DNA of 64,000 nucleotides from an uncultured Pelagibacteraceae bacterium (GTDB lineage: Bacteria > Pseudomonadota > Alphaproteobacteria > Pelagibacterales > AG-422-B15). The notes under the pieces are model-generated. The model saw only the letters and a program-made list of their open reading frames with translations, was not told the DNA's origin and ran no database searches. Shown here piece after piece: positions 51,641 through 61,937 of this stretch. The stretch is taken from the NCBI GenBank assembly GCA_902517885.1, contig CABYDZ010000005.1:2893-66892 (forward strand), written 5' to 3'. Position 1 is the stretch's first letter. The number at the start of each line of letters is the position of its first letter. The position numbers were made by a program, and so were the translations under genes.

Positions 51641-54203
51641 TAAATTTTCTTAGCTCTCTTTTTTGATCATCTTCATTAATCAACGTGCCTCCTGATTGGG
51701 CAAAATCTTTTCTACCTCCACCACCTTTTCCATTTGAAATAGAGGACGCAAATTTAGCAATTTCATCTGCACCAATTTTATCAGTCAATTGATCAGTTAC
51801 GCCTATTAGAAAACTTAGCTTATCGCCTTTTTTAGCGCAAAGAATTATAACACCGTGATCTGATATTAGTTTTTTGTACTTATCAATAAGTGGTCTCAGT
51901 TCATTAATTAATACATTCTCACAGAATTCAATAATAATATTGTGTTCCGAGTTATTGCCAATACTTAATTCTATTGCTTCTTTAAGCTGTCTTATATTTT
52001 CTGTAGAAGCTTCTTTTTCTTTTTTAATGTCCTGTTTTTTTTCTTCTGATTTAAGATCTTCTCTCCTCTTTTCTTCGTTAAATTTTAATAGGTCTTCGCC
52101 TCTCAAAGCTTCAATTCTTCTTACTCCTGATGCAGCTGAGGACTCACTTATAATTTTCAATTCTCCTATTTCATTGGTATTAGAAACATGGGTTCCTCCA
52201 CATAACTCTGTGCTGTATGTTTTATCATTAAATTTTCCTATCTTGAGAACCCTAACTTCATCTGAATACTTTTCTCCAAACAGGGCAAGGGCACCAGCCT
52301 TTACTGCATCATCCGGTGACATAATTAGTGTCTCTACTTTAGAACCAGTTTTAATAACTTCGTTTACTTTATTTTGAACATCTTCGATCTCTAGATTTGT
52401 CATTGATTTATGATGACTAAAATCAAACCTTAATTTATCATTTGAGACTAAGGATCCTTTCTGTGTAACGTGCTCCCCTAACCTGTCTCTAAGAGATTGG
52501 TGTAAAATATGTGTGGCTGAATGATAAGCTTTACAATCATTTCTTTGTTTTTGGTTAACTGATAAAACTGCATCAGATCCATTTTTAATTGTTCCTTTAA
52601 TCATGACTCCTATGTGTAGAATTAATTTGTCCTTTTTTTGAGTATCCATAACTGAAAACTCAAAATCTTCTCCCTGTATCACTCCCGTATCTCCAATTTG
52701 CCCTCCCGACTCAGCATAAAACACAGTTTGGTTAAGCATAATAATTCCTTCTTCTTTTTCTTTTAATTCAGCGACTCTTTTATCATCTTTAATAATTGAC
52801 AGAACTTCACCTTGAGTTTCAATACCATTGTACCCAAGAAATTCAGTAGCTAATAATTCTTTGTTTAATTCAAACCAAATCTTATCAGTCACAGAACCGC
52901 CTGCACCTGACCAATTCTTTCTCGCTAATTCTTTTTGCGCTTCAAGTTTTTTATTAAAACCATCTATATCTATAGAAATATTATTACTTCTCAATATGTC
53001 CTGCGTAAGATCAATGGGAAATCCGTAGGTGTCATAAAGTTTAAACGCTGAGTCTCCTGGAAAAGTATCACCAGATCGTAAATCTTTAGTTATATTATCT
53101 AGCTGCGAAATACCTTTATCTAGAAGATTCTTAAATTTTTCCTCTTCATACTTCAAAGTCTCTTTTATTAATATTTCAGCTCTTAATAATTCTGGATATG
53201 CTTCCTTCATATTAAGCATTAACGTGGGCACTAATTGGTGCATCAATGTATCATTATAATCAAGTAGATGAACATGCCGCATTGCTCTTCTCATTATTCT
53301 TCTTAGCACATATCCTCTTCCTTCATTAGAAGGCAATACCCCGTCTGCAATCAAGAAGCAGGAGGAACGTAAATGATCAGCAATAACTCTATGACTTGAA
53401 ATTAGCTTATCATCATCAGATTTAGTAAGCTCTATAGAATTACCAATAATCTCTTTTATACTGTCAACTTGATAATTATCATTAGTTCCTTGCATGACGG
53501 CTGCAATCCGCTCAATGCCCATCCCTGTATCAATAGAAGGTTTTGGAAGATCAATTCTTTCATTGGAATTCAATTGTTCGAACTGCATGAATACTAAATT
53601 CCATATCTCTACAAACCTGTCCCCAGTTTCATCTGCTTCACTAGGAAGCTTTCCATTATGCCGATCACCATGATCATAAAATATTTCAGAACAAGGTCCG
53701 CAAGGACCAGTTTCACCCATTGACCAAAAATTATCTTTTGTAGATATTCTGATTATCCTATCATCGTTAAGGCCAGCGACTTTTTTCCAAGATTCATACG
53801 CCTGTTCATCGTCATGATAGATTGTAACGCATAGTTTATCTTTTTTTATAGCAAGTTCAGATGTGATAAATTTCCAGGCATACTCAATTGCATCTTCTTT
53901 AAAGTAATCACCAAAAGAAAAGTTACCTAACATTTCAAAAAAAGTATGGTGCCTTAACGTATAGCCAACATTCTCTAAATCATTATGCTTACCTCCAGCC
54001 CTGATGCACTTTTGGGCAGTGACTGCACGCTTGTAGTCTCTACTTTCTAATCCAGTAAATACATTTTTAAATTGCACCATTCCTGAATTAGCAAACATAA
54101 GTGTTGGATCATTCTGTGGAACAAGTGGGCTCGAATGAATATGCTTATGGCCTTGATTTTCAAAATATGAAATGAAAGCGTTTCTAAGATCATTAATTCT
54201 CAT
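51621..54203 (-). CDS. alaS: alanine--tRNA ligase
   Basis: 860 aa. [29 protein letters not shown], editing-domain HSATHIL and CGGTHV motifs, C-terminal DHHA1 GGGG. Confidence 0.97.
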   Translation of the reverse strand: MRINDLRNAFISYFENQGHKHIHSSPLVPQNDPTLMFANSGMVQFKNVFTGLESRDYKRAVTAQKCIRAGGKHNDLENVGYTLRHHTFFEMLGNFSFGDYFKEDAIEYAWKFITSELAIKKDKLCVTIYHDDEQAYESWKKVAGLNDDRIIRISTKDNFWSMGETGPCGPCSEIFYDHGDRHNGKLPSEADETGDRFVEIWNLVFMQFEQLNSNERIDLPKPSIDTGMGIERIAAVMQGTNDNYQVDSIKEIIGNSIELTKSDDDKLISSHRVIADHLRSSCFLIADGVLPSNEGRGYVLRRIMRRAMRHVHLLDYNDTLMHQLVPTLMLNMKEAYPELLRAEILIKETLKYEEEKFKNLLDKGISQLDNITKDLRSGDTFPGDSAFKLYDTYGFPIDLTQDILRSNNISIDIDGFNKKLEAQKELARKNWSGAGGSVTDKIWFELNKELLATEFLGYNGIETQGEVLSIIKDDKRVAELKEKEEGIIMLNQTVFYAESGGQIGDTGVIQGEDFEFSVMDTQKKDKLILHIGVMIKGTIKNGSDAVLSVNQKQRNDCKAYHSATHILHQSLRDRLGEHVTQKGSLVSNDKLRFDFSHHKSMTNLEIEDVQNKVNEVIKTGSKVETLIMSPDDAVKAGALALFGEKYSDEVRVLKIGKFNDKTYSTELCGGTHVSNTNEIGELKIISESSAASGVRRIEALRGEDLLKFNEEKRREDLKSEEKKQDIKKEKEASTENIRQLKEAIELSIGNNSEHNIIIEFCENVLINELRPLIDKYKKLISDHGVIILCAKKGDKLSFLIGVTDQLTDKIGADEIAKFASSISNGKGGGGRKDFAQSGGTLINEDDQKRELRKFIIGKLQ

Positions 54204-54229
54204 ATGTTACGTATAACATCCTGTTGAAT

Positions 54230-54259
54230 AAAACGCAAAAAGGCGCTTTTCAGCGCCTC
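54230..54259 (-). terminator. Rho-independent terminator downstream of recA
   Basis: The minus-strand RNA reads AGGCGC-UGAAAA-GCGCCU followed by UUUUGCGUUUU. It is a 6-bp G+C-rich stem starting 31 nt after the recA stop, and the only G+C-rich hairpin plus T-tract I found in the intergenic spacers I read. Confidence 0.7.
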
Positions 54260-54289
54260 CTTGCTATGATCAATTATTATAGTTAAAAA

Positions 54290-55369
54290 TTATTCTTCTA
54301 CCGTTTCTTCAGATTCTGAGTTTTCACCAATTTGTTCAGGCATTTCTTCTGACTGCCCTCTAATTATCGACTCAATTTCTTGAGCTATGGCGGGATTTTC
54401 CTTGAGGAAGATCTTAGAATTTTCTCTTCCTTGTCCAATTTTCTCACCTTTATACGAGAACCATGCTCCAGATTTTTCTACGGTTCCTACCTTAACACCA
54501 AGGTCAATAAGTTCGCCTAACTTAGAAATACCTTCACCGTACATTATATCAAACTCAACCAATCTAAACGGCGGTGCAACTTTGTTCTTTACAACTTTAA
54601 CTCTAGTTTGGTTTCCAATGATTTCATCTTTATCTTTGATTGCACCAATTCTTCTAATGTCCAATCTACAAGATGAATAAAACTTTAGAGCGTTTCCTCC
54701 TGCAGTTGTCTCAGGGCTTCCAAACATTACTCCTATTTTCATTCTAATTTGGTTAATAAAGATAACCATGCAATTAGATTTTGAAACTGATCCAGTTAGC
54801 TTTCTCAATGCCTGACTCATCAGCCTAGCTTGAAGGCCCATATGTGCATCACCCATTTCTCCCTCAATTTCTGCCTTCGGCGTCAATGCAGCTACTGAGT
54901 CAACTACAAGTACTGATATTGCCTTTGATCGAACTAGTGAATCTGTAATCTCTAATGCTTGTTCTCCTGTATCAGGTTGAGAAATTAGCAATTCATCAAT
55001 ATTCACCCCTAATTTCTTAGCATATGCAGGATCCAATGCATGCTCTGCATCAATGAACGCGCAGTTCTCACCACTCTTTTGTGCTTCTGCGATTACATGA
55101 AGAGCTAAAGTAGTTTTACCAGATGACTCCGGACCATAAATCTCAACAATTCTTCCTTTTGGCAAGCCGCCAATTCCCAACGCCACGTCTAAGGACAAGG
55201 ATCCAGTTGAAATTGCTTCTATATCCATTGCTGTTCTTTGGCCCAATTTCATAATTGAACCTTTTCCATAAGTCTGCTCAATTTGAGACATTGCTACATC
55301 TAAGGCTTTTGCTTTTTCAGAGTTATCCATTTTTTTATCGTCTACTACTTTCAAATTTGCTTTGCTCAT
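54290..55369 (-). CDS. recA: recombinase RecA
   Basis: 359 aa. [12 protein letters not shown] Walker [37 protein letters not shown]. Confidence 0.98.
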   Translation of the reverse strand: MSKANLKVVDDKKMDNSEKAKALDVAMSQIEQTYGKGSIMKLGQRTAMDIEAISTGSLSLDVALGIGGLPKGRIVEIYGPESSGKTTLALHVIAEAQKSGENCAFIDAEHALDPAYAKKLGVNIDELLISQPDTGEQALEITDSLVRSKAISVLVVDSVAALTPKAEIEGEMGDAHMGLQARLMSQALRKLTGSVSKSNCMVIFINQIRMKIGVMFGSPETTAGGNALKFYSSCRLDIRRIGAIKDKDEIIGNQTRVKVVKNKVAPPFRLVEFDIMYGEGISKLGELIDLGVKVGTVEKSGAWFSYKGEKIGQGRENSKIFLKENPAIAQEIESIIRGQSEEMPEQIGENSESEETVEE

Positions 55370-55474
55370 CTGCTTTCTCCAAACTGTAATTAATAATTGT
55401 TCTCAATGTACACATTTTGTTCTAATTTTACAATACTAATTAAATTACTGTTTTTATTAGATAAAATATAATTT

Positions 55475-55489
55475 GTTCAATTAATGTTC
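55475..55489 (-). promoter_or_regulatory. putative alphaproteobacterial LexA (SOS) box
   Basis: GTTC-AATTAAT-GTTC is an exact match to the GTTC-N7-GTTC (GAAC-N7-GAAC on the recA strand) SOS operator of alphaproteobacteria. It lies 106-120 nt upstream of the recA ATG. Two more TTGTTCT copies are at 55397-55403 and 55417-55423. Confidence 0.55.
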
Positions 55490-55602
55490 TTATATTTTAT
55501 ATTTTTATCAACAGGTGATTCTATTTACAGATGTTACATCTATAAGCAAAATACGTGTATAAATATATAAATTTGGCTGATTTTCTTTGTTAATAAGTTT
55601 TT

Positions 55603-56013
55603 CTAGTCGTCAGAATGCAATTTTTCGTTTCTTTCGTGCATCTCCTGAGCCTCTATACTTAGTGTCGTTACTGGTCTTGCATCTAATCTCTCAATATTGA
55701 TAGGCTCGCCTGTAACTTCACAGTAACCATAGCTTCCATTTTCGATTCTAGCTAATGCTGCATCTATCTTAGCAACTAATTTTCGCTGCCTGTCTCTTGA
55801 TTTAAGTTCTAGTGTTTTTTCTGATTCTTGAGTAGCCCTATCAGACATGTCAGCTGGGGCAATTGAATCCTGAAGATTTTCTACAGTTTCTCTGCTTTCT
55901 TTGTAAATTTCATTCTTCCAATCTTTAAGCTTTGTTCTAAAATATTCCTTTTGTTTCGCGTTCATAAATTTTTCAGATTTTGTAGGCTTGTAGCTCTTTG
56001 GAAGTTTTACCAT
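55603..56013 (-). CDS. dksA: RNA polymerase-binding transcription factor DksA (Cys-poor, probably zinc-independent form)
   Basis: 136 aa. Coiled-coil tip DMSDRA (DxxDxA). C-terminal YGYCEVTGEPI...TLSIEAQ, where the canonical form has CxxC...CxxC. Confidence 0.9.
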   Translation of the reverse strand: MVKLPKSYKPTKSEKFMNAKQKEYFRTKLKDWKNEIYKESRETVENLQDSIAPADMSDRATQESEKTLELKSRDRQRKLVAKIDAALARIENGSYGYCEVTGEPINIERLDARPVTTLSIEAQEMHERNEKLHSDD

Positions 56014-56156
56014 GTTTACTCCTTTTGGATTTAGAATTAAAAACAGTCTGGTGCTTTTAGTAGTTTTTGATATTTAAGTCAATTGAACAATACAATTTTT
56101 ATGATTGATATATAGCTGAAATATAATATGTTTCCTGAAACAATTTTAAGAATTTA

Positions 56157-57011
56157 ATGAAATTTGAAGGCACAAGTTCATATATAGCTACTGAGGACCT
56201 TAAAGTTGCGGTTAATGCAGCTATAACGTTGGAAAGACCAATTATTGTGAAAGGAGAGCCTGGCACCGGCAAAACTATGCTGGCTCATGAGGTTGCTCAA
56301 TCATTAGGGGCTGATATTATTACATGGCATATTAAGTCAACGACCAAAGCTCAACAGGGGCTGTATGAGTATGATGCTGTTACTAGGTTAAGAGACTCTC
56401 AGCTTGGAGATGAAAAAGTAAAAGATATAAAAAATTATATAAGTAAGGGTAAATTGTGGAATGCTTTTGAAAGCAATAAAAGACCTGTACTTTTAATTGA
56501 TGAGATTGATAAAGCAGATATTGAATTTCCAAACGATCTTCTTCTCGAACTTGATAAAATGGAATTTTTTGTTTATGAGACAGGAGAAACCATAAAGGCA
56601 GAAAATAGACCTATTGTAATCATCACTTCAAATAACGAAAAAGAACTACCTGATGCCTTTTTAAGGAGATGTTTTTTTCATTATATTAAGTTTCCTGATC
56701 CAGATACTATGGAAGAGATTGTTAATGTGCATTATCCAGAAATTAAAAAAGACCTTATACAAGAAGCATTTAAGATTTTTTATGATATTAGAGAAGTCCC
56801 AGGTATCAAAAAAAAGCCGTCAACATCAGAACTTATTGATTGGCTTAAATTGTTGATGACCGATGACGTGGATGCAAAAATATTGAGGGAAAAAGATCCT
56901 AAAAAACTAATTCCACCTCTTCATGGAGCCCTTCTAAAAAATGAGCAAGATGTACATTTATTCGAGCGATTAGCCTTTATCTCTCGAAGAGAAAATGAGA
57001 ATCTTGAGTAG
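56157..57011 (+). CDS. MoxR-family AAA+ ATPase
   Basis: 284 aa. Walker A GEPGTGKT, Walker B LLIDEIDKA, sensor region ..IITSNNEKELPDAFLRRC. Confidence 0.88.
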   Translation: MKFEGTSSYIATEDLKVAVNAAITLERPIIVKGEPGTGKTMLAHEVAQSLGADIITWHIKSTTKAQQGLYEYDAVTRLRDSQLGDEKVKDIKNYISKGKLWNAFESNKRPVLLIDEIDKADIEFPNDLLLELDKMEFFVYETGETIKAENRPIVIITSNNEKELPDAFLRRCFFHYIKFPDPDTMEEIVNVHYPEIKKDLIQEAFKIFYDIREVPGIKKKPSTSELIDWLKLLMTDDVDAKILREKDPKKLIPPLHGALLKNEQDVHLFERLAFISRRENENLE

Positions 57012-57039
57012 AACTGATTTTTCATTAAGATAAATTAAC

Positions 57040-58218
57040 ATGTTCATTAATTTCTTCTTTGACCTTAAGCAAGCAAGTTTACCTGTATCCTTAAAAGAAT
57101 ATTTAATGCTCATGGAAGCCATGAATAAAAGGGTTGTAGACTCTTTTAATGTAAATGATTTTTATTACTTAAGTCGATCAGCACTAGTTAAAGACGAGAG
57201 ATATCTAGACAAATTTGACAGAGTCTTTGGACATTCTTTTAAAGGACTTGAAAATTCTGAAGGGGAAACAGAAAAAGAAATACCAGAAGAGTGGTTGAAG
57301 CTCATGGGGCAAAAATACCTTACTGACGAGGAGAAAAAAATGGTTGAATCCTTAGGCGGTTGGGACAAGCTGATGGAAACATTAAAACAACGTTTAGAAG
57401 AACAAAAAAAACGTCACCAAGGCGGTAGTAAGTGGATTGGTACTGGAGGAACATCTCCTTTCGGCGCATATGGATATAATCCTGAAGGCATTCGGATTGG
57501 TCAAAAAGAAAGTCGAAATAAAAAAGCTGTAAAAGTTTGGGACAAAAGAGAATTTAGTAACCTCGATGGTGATGTTGAGTTGGGAACACGTAATATTAAA
57601 GTTGCGCTTCGAAGACTAAGAAAATTTGCTCGTGAAGGAGTTGAAACAGAACTAGATTTAGATAATACAATCAAATCTACTGCACATAAAGGCTACATTG
57701 ACGTAAAGATGATGCCCGAACGTAGGAATAAGATAAAAGTACTTTTATTTTTCGATGTAGGTGGGTCGATGGATGCTCATGTGAAAATATGTGAAGAGCT
57801 CTTTTCTGCAGCAAGAACAGAATTTAAGCACATGGAGTATTTTTATTATCATAACTGTCTCTATGACGCTGTATGGAAAGATAATAAAAGAAGGTACAAT
57901 GAGAACATAAAGACCTGGGATCTTCTTCATAAATACCCTTCAGACTATAAAGTTATATTTGTTGGCGATGCCGAAATGAGTCCATATGAGATTACATATC
58001 CAGGTGGAAGTGTTGAATTTTGGAATGAAGAGTCAGGTGAAACGTGGCTAACCAGGCTTCTGAATATCTATGAAAACGCAATATGGTTAAATCCAATACC
58101 AGAGAGGTATTGGGACCGCATATCATCTGCTTCAATAATAAAGCAAATTTTTTCGGATAGAATGTTTCCTTTAACTATTGAAGGTATTGATCAGGCCATG
58201 CGCGAGCTTAATAAATAA
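57040..58218 (+). CDS. VWA domain protein (CoxE-like), partner of MoxR ATPase
   Basis: 392 aa. The N-terminal helical region MFINFFFDLKQASLPVSLKEY.. is typical of CoxE-like proteins. C-terminal VWA with a candidate MIDAS-like start in LLFFDVGGSMD. Confidence 0.8.
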   Translation: MFINFFFDLKQASLPVSLKEYLMLMEAMNKRVVDSFNVNDFYYLSRSALVKDERYLDKFDRVFGHSFKGLENSEGETEKEIPEEWLKLMGQKYLTDEEKKMVESLGGWDKLMETLKQRLEEQKKRHQGGSKWIGTGGTSPFGAYGYNPEGIRIGQKESRNKKAVKVWDKREFSNLDGDVELGTRNIKVALRRLRKFAREGVETELDLDNTIKSTAHKGYIDVKMMPERRNKIKVLLFFDVGGSMDAHVKICEELFSAARTEFKHMEYFYYHNCLYDAVWKDNKRRYNENIKTWDLLHKYPSDYKVIFVGDAEMSPYEITYPGGSVEFWNEESGETWLTRLLNIYENAIWLNPIPERYWDRISSASIIKQIFSDRMFPLTIEGIDQAMRELNK

Positions 58219-58221
58219 TTA

Positions 58222-59082
58222 ATGCTTCCAAAGCAAAATGTTATCTTAGGCATATCGTTATTATGCTTAGGATTACTAATTGCGCCTCTTTATGACGCCC
58301 TGGCTAAATACTTAAGTGAAGACATTCACATTTTAGAAATCATCTGGGCTAGGTTTTTTAGTCATTTTATTTTTCTGGTGCCTCTTGTTTATTTCATAAA
58401 AGGAAAAAAACTATTTTTTAATTCTTCATCTAAACATCAAATTGTTAGAGGAATTTTTATTTTTTTAGCTACTGCTTTTTTCTATGGCGCTATATCAGAA
58501 ATTCCTCTTGCTAATGCCTTAAGCATAATGCTCGTAGCTCCAATCATCGTAGTATTCATGTCTTCTTATATTCTTAAAGAACAATTAAATTCTTTTAAAA
58601 TATTTTGCACCTTCTTTGGTTTTTTTGGAACATTGCTAGTCATACAACCTGGATTTGAGGAGTTTAATTTCTATTCGCTTTTGGCTCTATTGTCTGGATT
58701 TTGTTATGCCATGTACTTAGTATACACGAGGCGGGTTAATTTTAGTTCTGATCCTTGGGTAAGCTTGTGCTATACCGCTATGCCCGGTGCAGCAATAATG
58801 ACAGTTTGTCTTCCATTTTTTTGGCAAAGCTCTCCATCAATTGACCAATATTTATTGATGGGCTCAATTGGATTAGTTGTGATTTTGGTACATTTTATAT
58901 TTATTAAAGCCTATCAGAATGCTGAAGCTAGTATTTTAGCGCCATTTCACTATTTTGAAATCATAAGTAATATGTTAATAAGCGTTTTATTTTTTAAAGA
59001 TATACCAAATATAATTGTGTGTTTTGGTATTCTTTGCATTGTTAGTAGTGGGATTATAATTACGATTAAACAAAAAATATGA
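58222..59082 (+). CDS. EamA/DMT-family transporter
   Basis: 286 aa. Ten predicted TM helices in two EamA-like halves. Confidence 0.8.
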   Translation: MLPKQNVILGISLLCLGLLIAPLYDALAKYLSEDIHILEIIWARFFSHFIFLVPLVYFIKGKKLFFNSSSKHQIVRGIFIFLATAFFYGAISEIPLANALSIMLVAPIIVVFMSSYILKEQLNSFKIFCTFFGFFGTLLVIQPGFEEFNFYSLLALLSGFCYAMYLVYTRRVNFSSDPWVSLCYTAMPGAAIMTVCLPFFWQSSPSIDQYLLMGSIGLVVILVHFIFIKAYQNAEASILAPFHYFEIISNMLISVLFFKDIPNIIVCFGILCIVSSGIIITIKQKI

Positions 59083-60050
59083 ATGAATTAAATTTAGATT
59101 ATAAGTTTTCTGTCGCACCAATGATGGGTGTAACCACATCAAGCGCACGCTATATGTATAGATTGATTTCTAAGGAAGCAATTTTATTTACAGAAATGAT
59201 AGCCAGCCAAGCGTTGCATCGAGGTGACTTTAAGAAAATGCTCAGAAAGGAAACTACAGAGTCACCTGTGGTTCTTCAAGTAGGAGGTTCTGATATCAAC
59301 CTATTGAAATATTCAACAGAACTAGCAAATAAACATAACTATCAAGGAATAAATCTAAATGTCGGCTGCCCTTCAAAAAAAGTATCACAAGGTAAAATGG
59401 GCGCATGTCTGATGAAAGAAGCAAATCTGGTCAAACAATGCTTAGAAGGAATGAAGGCTGAAACTGCAATTGACGTCTCGTTGAAATGTCGAATTGGAGT
59501 AGATGAATTTGATACATATGAATTTTTCAAAAATTTTATTTCGACAGTAATTGAAAGTGGTATCAAAATTATCTTTATTCATGCGCGTAAAGCGTACCTC
59601 AAAGGTCTTGACCCTAAAAGGAACCGTACGTTACCACCACTTAAATATGACTTTGTTTATAAAATTAAAAAAGAATTTCCACATATTAAATTTATAATCA
59701 ATGGTGGTTTGGACAATATTGATGATTGTCTAGATCAGCTGAATTATTTAGATGGAGTGATGGTAGGAAGATCAATTCAAGCCAATCCATTTTTTTTAGA
59801 AGATGTTGACTCCAAATTTTACAACTTGGAAAAGATAGAGATAGATAGGAGTTTCGTAGTAAAGAAATATTTTGATTATGTAAAAGAGAATGTTGATTTG
59901 ATTTCAACCTATGAACTATTAAGTCCCCTTTTAGCACTTTGCTTTGGGGTTCCTGGATCAAAAAAATTTAAGCAAGAAGTCAATGATTTGATCAGATCAA
60001 GAGATATTCAAAAACTTGAGTATGCCTATTTAAATCTAATTGCGGCTTAA
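59079..60050 (+). CDS. dusA: tRNA-dihydrouridine synthase A
   Basis: 323 aa. FSVAPMMGVTT...RYMYRLIS...LFTEMI N-terminus as in DusA. NLNVGCPS, HARKA. Confidence 0.92.
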   Translation: MNELNLDYKFSVAPMMGVTTSSARYMYRLISKEAILFTEMIASQALHRGDFKKMLRKETTESPVVLQVGGSDINLLKYSTELANKHNYQGINLNVGCPSKKVSQGKMGACLMKEANLVKQCLEGMKAETAIDVSLKCRIGVDEFDTYEFFKNFISTVIESGIKIIFIHARKAYLKGLDPKRNRTLPPLKYDFVYKIKKEFPHIKFIINGGLDNIDDCLDQLNYLDGVMVGRSIQANPFFLEDVDSKFYNLEKIEIDRSFVVKKYFDYVKENVDLISTYELLSPLLALCFGVPGSKKFKQEVNDLIRSRDIQKLEYAYLNLIAA

Positions 60051-60622
60051 AGAATTTCTGCAATATCACTAAAGCTATACCGTGGTGCTCTTTCATAATA
60101 TCCATCTTTATCGGGGTAACCTAGGTTACATAAAAAATTACTTTTAATCGATGTGTCATTAAAAAATTCTTTATCAACTAATTCGTTGGAAAATCCAGAC
60201 ATGGGACCCACAGCCAGACCAAGCGCATTGGCTGCTTTTAAAAAATAGCCTCCCTGTATTGATGAATTTCTAAATGCAGTAATTTCAGATTTTTCTAAGT
60301 CATTTTCAAAATATTGTTTTGCATCCTCCCGAAGATAATTCTTTGGCAAGTCTCTCCAAAATTCGATATCCATACCTATAATGGTGCAAACAGGTGCGTT
60401 CAGAACTTTACTTACATTATCCTCACTCACAAATCGTGATAAATTTTCTTTTGCTTGCTTGCTTTTAAGAAATTTTAACCTCATAGGACTGCAGTTAAAA
60501 GATGTAGGGCCCCACTTAAGCAAATCATACAAATCATCAAGAGATTGATTAGAGACTTCTTTATCTAAAAACTTATAGCAAGTCTGCGGTTCGGTAAATA
60601 TTTGGTGTATTTGATCTGCCAT
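60047..60622 (-). CDS. RutE-family nitroreductase (malonic semialdehyde reductase-like)
   Basis: 191 aa. LLKWGPTSFNCSPMR, AFRNSSIQGGY and GPMSGF match, along the whole length, my recollection of E. coli RutE. Confidence 0.85.
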   Translation of the reverse strand: MADQIHQIFTEPQTCYKFLDKEVSNQSLDDLYDLLKWGPTSFNCSPMRLKFLKSKQAKENLSRFVSEDNVSKVLNAPVCTIIGMDIEFWRDLPKNYLREDAKQYFENDLEKSEITAFRNSSIQGGYFLKAANALGLAVGPMSGFSNELVDKEFFNDTSIKSNFLCNLGYPDKDGYYERAPRYSFSDIAEIL

Positions 60623-60624
60623 AA

Positions 60625-61089
60625 TTATAAGATTTTAACGATATGCTCTTCTATTTCTTCTGGTTTTTTTTGAGTTCCAAATCCACGTACAAAATCACCG
60701 TCTTTATTTATTAGATATTTGGTAAAATTCCATTGTATTTCTCTACCTGCATCTTGAGTAAGTTTTTTAAATAAAGGTGAAGCATTGTCGCCAATTACTT
60801 CAATTTTATCAAATAGCTTAAAGGACACATTATACTCAGTGCTACAAAATTCCTTGATCTCATCATTAGTTCCTTTTTCCTGTGACCCAAACTGGTTACA
60901 AGGAAAAGCTAAGATTTCAAAACCTTTATCTTTATATTTTTCATATAAACTCTGAAGTCCAGTGTATTGTGATGTAAAACCACATCTACTAGCAACATTA
61001 ACAATAAGCAAAGTTTTACCCTTGAATTTTTCAAGACTGATTTCTTCGTGATCAATGTCTTTTACGGAAAAATCGTAAATACTTTTCAT
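60625..61089 (-). CDS. glutathione peroxidase (Cys type)
   Basis: 154 aa. LIVNVASRCGFT (Cys encoded by TGT, not TGA), LAFPCNQFGSQE, WNFTKYL. Confidence 0.93.
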   Translation of the reverse strand: MKSIYDFSVKDIDHEEISLEKFKGKTLLIVNVASRCGFTSQYTGLQSLYEKYKDKGFEILAFPCNQFGSQEKGTNDEIKEFCSTEYNVSFKLFDKIEVIGDNASPLFKKLTQDAGREIQWNFTKYLINKDGDFVRGFGTQKKPEEIEEHIVKIL

Positions 61090-61935
61090 TTACTTCACAC
61101 CCGCTTTAACAAATGTGCCATTGTTATAATCACTGATAGCAGAAATAATTTCTTCTCTTGTATTCATTACAAAAGGACCGCCTCTGGCAATCGGTTCACC
61201 AATTGGCTTGCCAGACACTAATAGAAACTTTGCTTTGTTTTCACTTGTAACCACTAAACTTCCACCTTGATTAAAAGTAATTAAATGCGAACTCTTAATT
61301 TCACTATTTTCACCATCCAAATGAATACTGCCAGAGTATACGTAAATAAATGAATTGTATTCTTTATCTAGATTGTATGTAAATGGCTGGTTGCTCGCTA
61401 TTTGAATATCAAGATATGTTGGATTAACGTTATGTTTTTTTATAGACCCTTCTATTTCTTTAAAGGAGCCAGCAATAACCTTCACTTTAACATCACTATC
61501 TTCATATGTTTTGATTTGATTTGAATCTAAGTAAATATATTCTGGGTCGTCCATTTTTTTTTCTGCAGGCATATTGATCCAAAGCTGGAAGCCATGCAGC
61601 TTTCCTTCAGACATTGCTGGCATTTCTGAGTGAATAATCCCACTTCCTGTCTTCATCCACTGAACATCACCTGACTTCATGATCCCTACTGCCCCGGTAC
61701 TATCCTTATGTTCAAATTCACCATTTAGCATATATGTAACTGTTTCTATGCCTCTATGTGGGTGTGCTGGAAACCCGCCAAGATAATCATCACTTTTATC
61801 AGAGCCAAATTCATCCAGCATTAAGAATGGGTCAAAATAATCAATAAGCTGAGTGCCAATTGATCTCTTTAATTTAACACCTGCGCCATCTGATGTGTTT
61901 ATTGGCGATATAATCTGGTTAATAGTACTGCGCAT
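61090..61935 (-). CDS. pirin-family protein
   Basis: 281 aa. GFPAHPHRGIETVTYML..G...HKDS.G and bicupin length. Confidence 0.92.
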   Translation of the reverse strand: MRSTINQIISPINTSDGAGVKLKRSIGTQLIDYFDPFLMLDEFGSDKSDDYLGGFPAHPHRGIETVTYMLNGEFEHKDSTGAVGIMKSGDVQWMKTGSGIIHSEMPAMSEGKLHGFQLWINMPAEKKMDDPEYIYLDSNQIKTYEDSDVKVKVIAGSFKEIEGSIKKHNVNPTYLDIQIASNQPFTYNLDKEYNSFIYVYSGSIHLDGENSEIKSSHLITFNQGGSLVVTSENKAKFLLVSGKPIGEPIARGGPFVMNTREEIISAISDYNNGTFVKAGVK

Positions 61936-61937
61936 AA

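Noticed and set aside
51874-52377. 167-aa ORF on the + strand inside alaS.
   Set aside because: It lies entirely antisense to a strongly supported alaS. Its S/L/F/I-rich, low-complexity translation is typical of the reverse frame of an A+T-rich gene, and it has no motif or independent start context.
55370-55415. 26-codon ORF starting at 55415 (- strand) that overlaps the recA start out of frame.
   Set aside because: No supporting signal. Short ORFs of this size are expected by chance.
60625-61089. Possible selenocysteine in the glutathione peroxidase.
   Set aside because: The active-site residue is encoded by TGT (Cys) in ..VASRCGFT... There is no in-frame TGA.
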